Below the pieces are notes generated by a model. That model did not search any database. It was not told the DNA's origin and was given only the letters and a program-made list of their open reading frames with translations. From Marsupella aquatica (taxonomy: Eukaryota; Plantae; Marchantiophyta): DNA of 64,000 nt. Position 1 is the first letter of the stretch; the number at the start of each line of letters is the position of its first letter. A program made the position numbers and the translations under genes. The stretch is taken from positions 5,718,171-5,782,170 of the forward strand of contig OZ316893.1 in NCBI GenBank assembly GCA_973895155.1, written 5' to 3'. Shown piece after piece: positions 62,165 to 64,000 of the stretch.

Positions 62165-63437
62165 GCGTATTCCTGGCGCTTGGGATTTGCAGGCGGCGCA
62201 TAACAGCTGGTTGGAGGCACCAAGCTTTCAAAGCAGATTCGGCATAACCCCGACATGTAAGCCCAATTGAGTAACTGACTAAAGTACAACTTTATATAGC
62301 GCATTCTTTGATTTTAGTGTTAAAATGATTGTTATCAACGGTATGGATTCATGTGATGATGCGCATTGTTGACTAAAGAGAATTCACATTTCATGCAGAC
62401 ACAACGTGGGACGCATGGCAGAGCAACAGAAAAATTGTGGAATTCATGGTGGGCTACTCTTGCGCCCTGTTCTCCATGGAACGCCGAACTGACTGTAGTA
62501 TTGCACTAAGGACATAAATCAGCATTTAATGTCCAAAACTCGGTATTCGATCCCATGGAAGAACAAGAAAGGAATGATTTTCTATTATTTAACACTTATG
62601 AATGACTAAGGTCACAAAAACATAGGTTTGAGCCTTTTACTATGGTTGCTCAGCAAGACATAGATTTGAATGTTTGCTTAACATTGTAAATGCAATTAAT
62701 AAAATGGAAACAAATAACAAAACACAATGAAATCTTGAGGTATGATGAGAGAGTCTGGAAAACACCAAGGTAACTTCTCATCAATACTTCATTTGATGTG
62801 ATTTGGGTGGTAAATCCGTAAGAACATTTCTGGAAGGGATTACTATACTAGGATGATTACTAAAATGCCGTCAACACGTCTCAACTTTTCCTTCCAAAGG
62901 TACTCAGAAGAAACTAGTAATCAATCACTTCGATATCCAGTCAGTACTCTGAGTCACGAATAATAAACACCATCATGATCAAATTGAAGTCACAGGTAAT
63001 TGGTGAGTAACAATCTTTGCATCCCATGCACAAGCAATGTCACGCCAAAAACTATGCATCAAGAACTCAAGAAGATGGGAAGTCACCACTTAAGGAATCT
63101 ATTCCCTCGTACTTTTGAGATTCAACTTCATACAAGTAATTTTACTTCAATGATCTAAACTCTCAATCATTCAGACCAAGGAAGGGAGAAGAATTCCTTT
63201 GCATTTGCAAGCTCCATACCATACGAAAACACACGAAAGCTTTGCAAAGGTGATTGCAGTGTTGCAGCACATGCCACATGCACTACTTTATTTCTTCACA
63301 CTTGAAAATGACACAAATTCTACCTCATATAGGCTAGCAGGAACGCAAGGAGACTGAGAGACTGAAAGGACATGCCCTTTCATTTCTAAAGGGTCTTGAA
63401 TAAACTTAATGACGGTCATCCTTGAAAAATGAATGGA

Positions 63438-64000
63438 CACTGCTGAAAGTGTCAAAAATGCAGGGGACGCTTCTCAAAGCGTCGAGGTTTGAGCGGACGC
63501 TTTGCAAAGCGTCGGTGTTTGCGGTAAAACTAATAAACAGTGATCTTAATCTAATTTTAACTTCTAAACTAAGAGTCGGAATGCATTGAAACTTTTCTCG
63601 GGTACTCTACTACATATAATCTTTATGCTGACAAAGTTTCAGACTTTTCTAAGATCTCTAAGTGCCTCAAATAAATCAGTAAAAGCGATGTGGTGTTATA
63701 AAAATGCGAAAACTAAATTTTTTTCTAAGTGTCGGGAACATAGTGGACGCTTCAAAAAGCGTCCAAAACTACAAAGGACTTTTATGGACGCTTTACAAAG
63801 CGTCGGCTGAATTTCGAGGTTTGGTCGCAGCGTCCGTCTTCTGGTCTTCGGGTGGGACGCCTCCGTGGGCGTCGTAGTCGATGTTGCCTTCGGGGTAGCA
63901 GACGCTTCTGTGGGCGTCGCTCCTCATGTGGATTGCAGAGCGTCGGAGTACAGCTGGTTGGGTGGCGGACGCTTCAGAAAGCGTCGTGGTCTTGGGTGGA
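63438..64000 (+). mobile_element. Terminus of a CACTA/CACTG (En/Spm-like) DNA transposon, running off the window
   Basis: CACTG at 63438 is followed by at least seven palindromic subterminal motifs GACGC(N8)GCGTC, near 63467, 63496, 63746, 63787, 63856, 63901 and 63968. Confidence 0.7.

Noticed and set aside
49500-63430. Terminal inverted repeats and TSD for the MULE-like unit
   Set aside because: Only weak, chance-level similarity was seen by eye (CCATG..ACCAAGTTTT near 49591 versus the reverse complement near 62535). No boundary is claimed.

Overview
Eukaryotic nuclear DNA from a land plant. A bryophyte-type genome such as a liverwort is inferred from the intron-less mitochondrial rps3 fragment and the gene style. 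Host genes: an intron-less two-domain fasciclin-like arabinogalactan protein (5712-7109 +), an HSL-family alpha/beta hydrolase that looks fungal rather than plant (19474-20619 -), a multi-exon CLASRP/SWAP-like splicing factor (24119-29563 -) and a small conserved plant protein (47686-48141 +). Mobile DNA: a Ty1/copia element with both LTRs, PBS, PPT and an AAGCC TSD (32483-40815 -). Its RT is deleted and it carries an opposite-strand gag-like insert. There are also MITEs, a mitochondrial rps3 insertion and a CACTG terminus at 63438. The most unusual region is 51.2-62.2 kb. A spliced MULE/SWIM DDE transposase, of the type related to Arabidopsis AT4G13970/AT1G60560, is followed by a second large spliced gene. 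In that gene a 12 x 202-bp tandem repeat is an array of symmetric 75-nt exons, each encoding a Pro/Ser-rich 25-mer, placed ahead of an FCP1/NIF-like HAD phosphatase domain. Both genes carry a few nonsense or frameshift lesions. All family assignments come from motif recognition by eye, with no database search.
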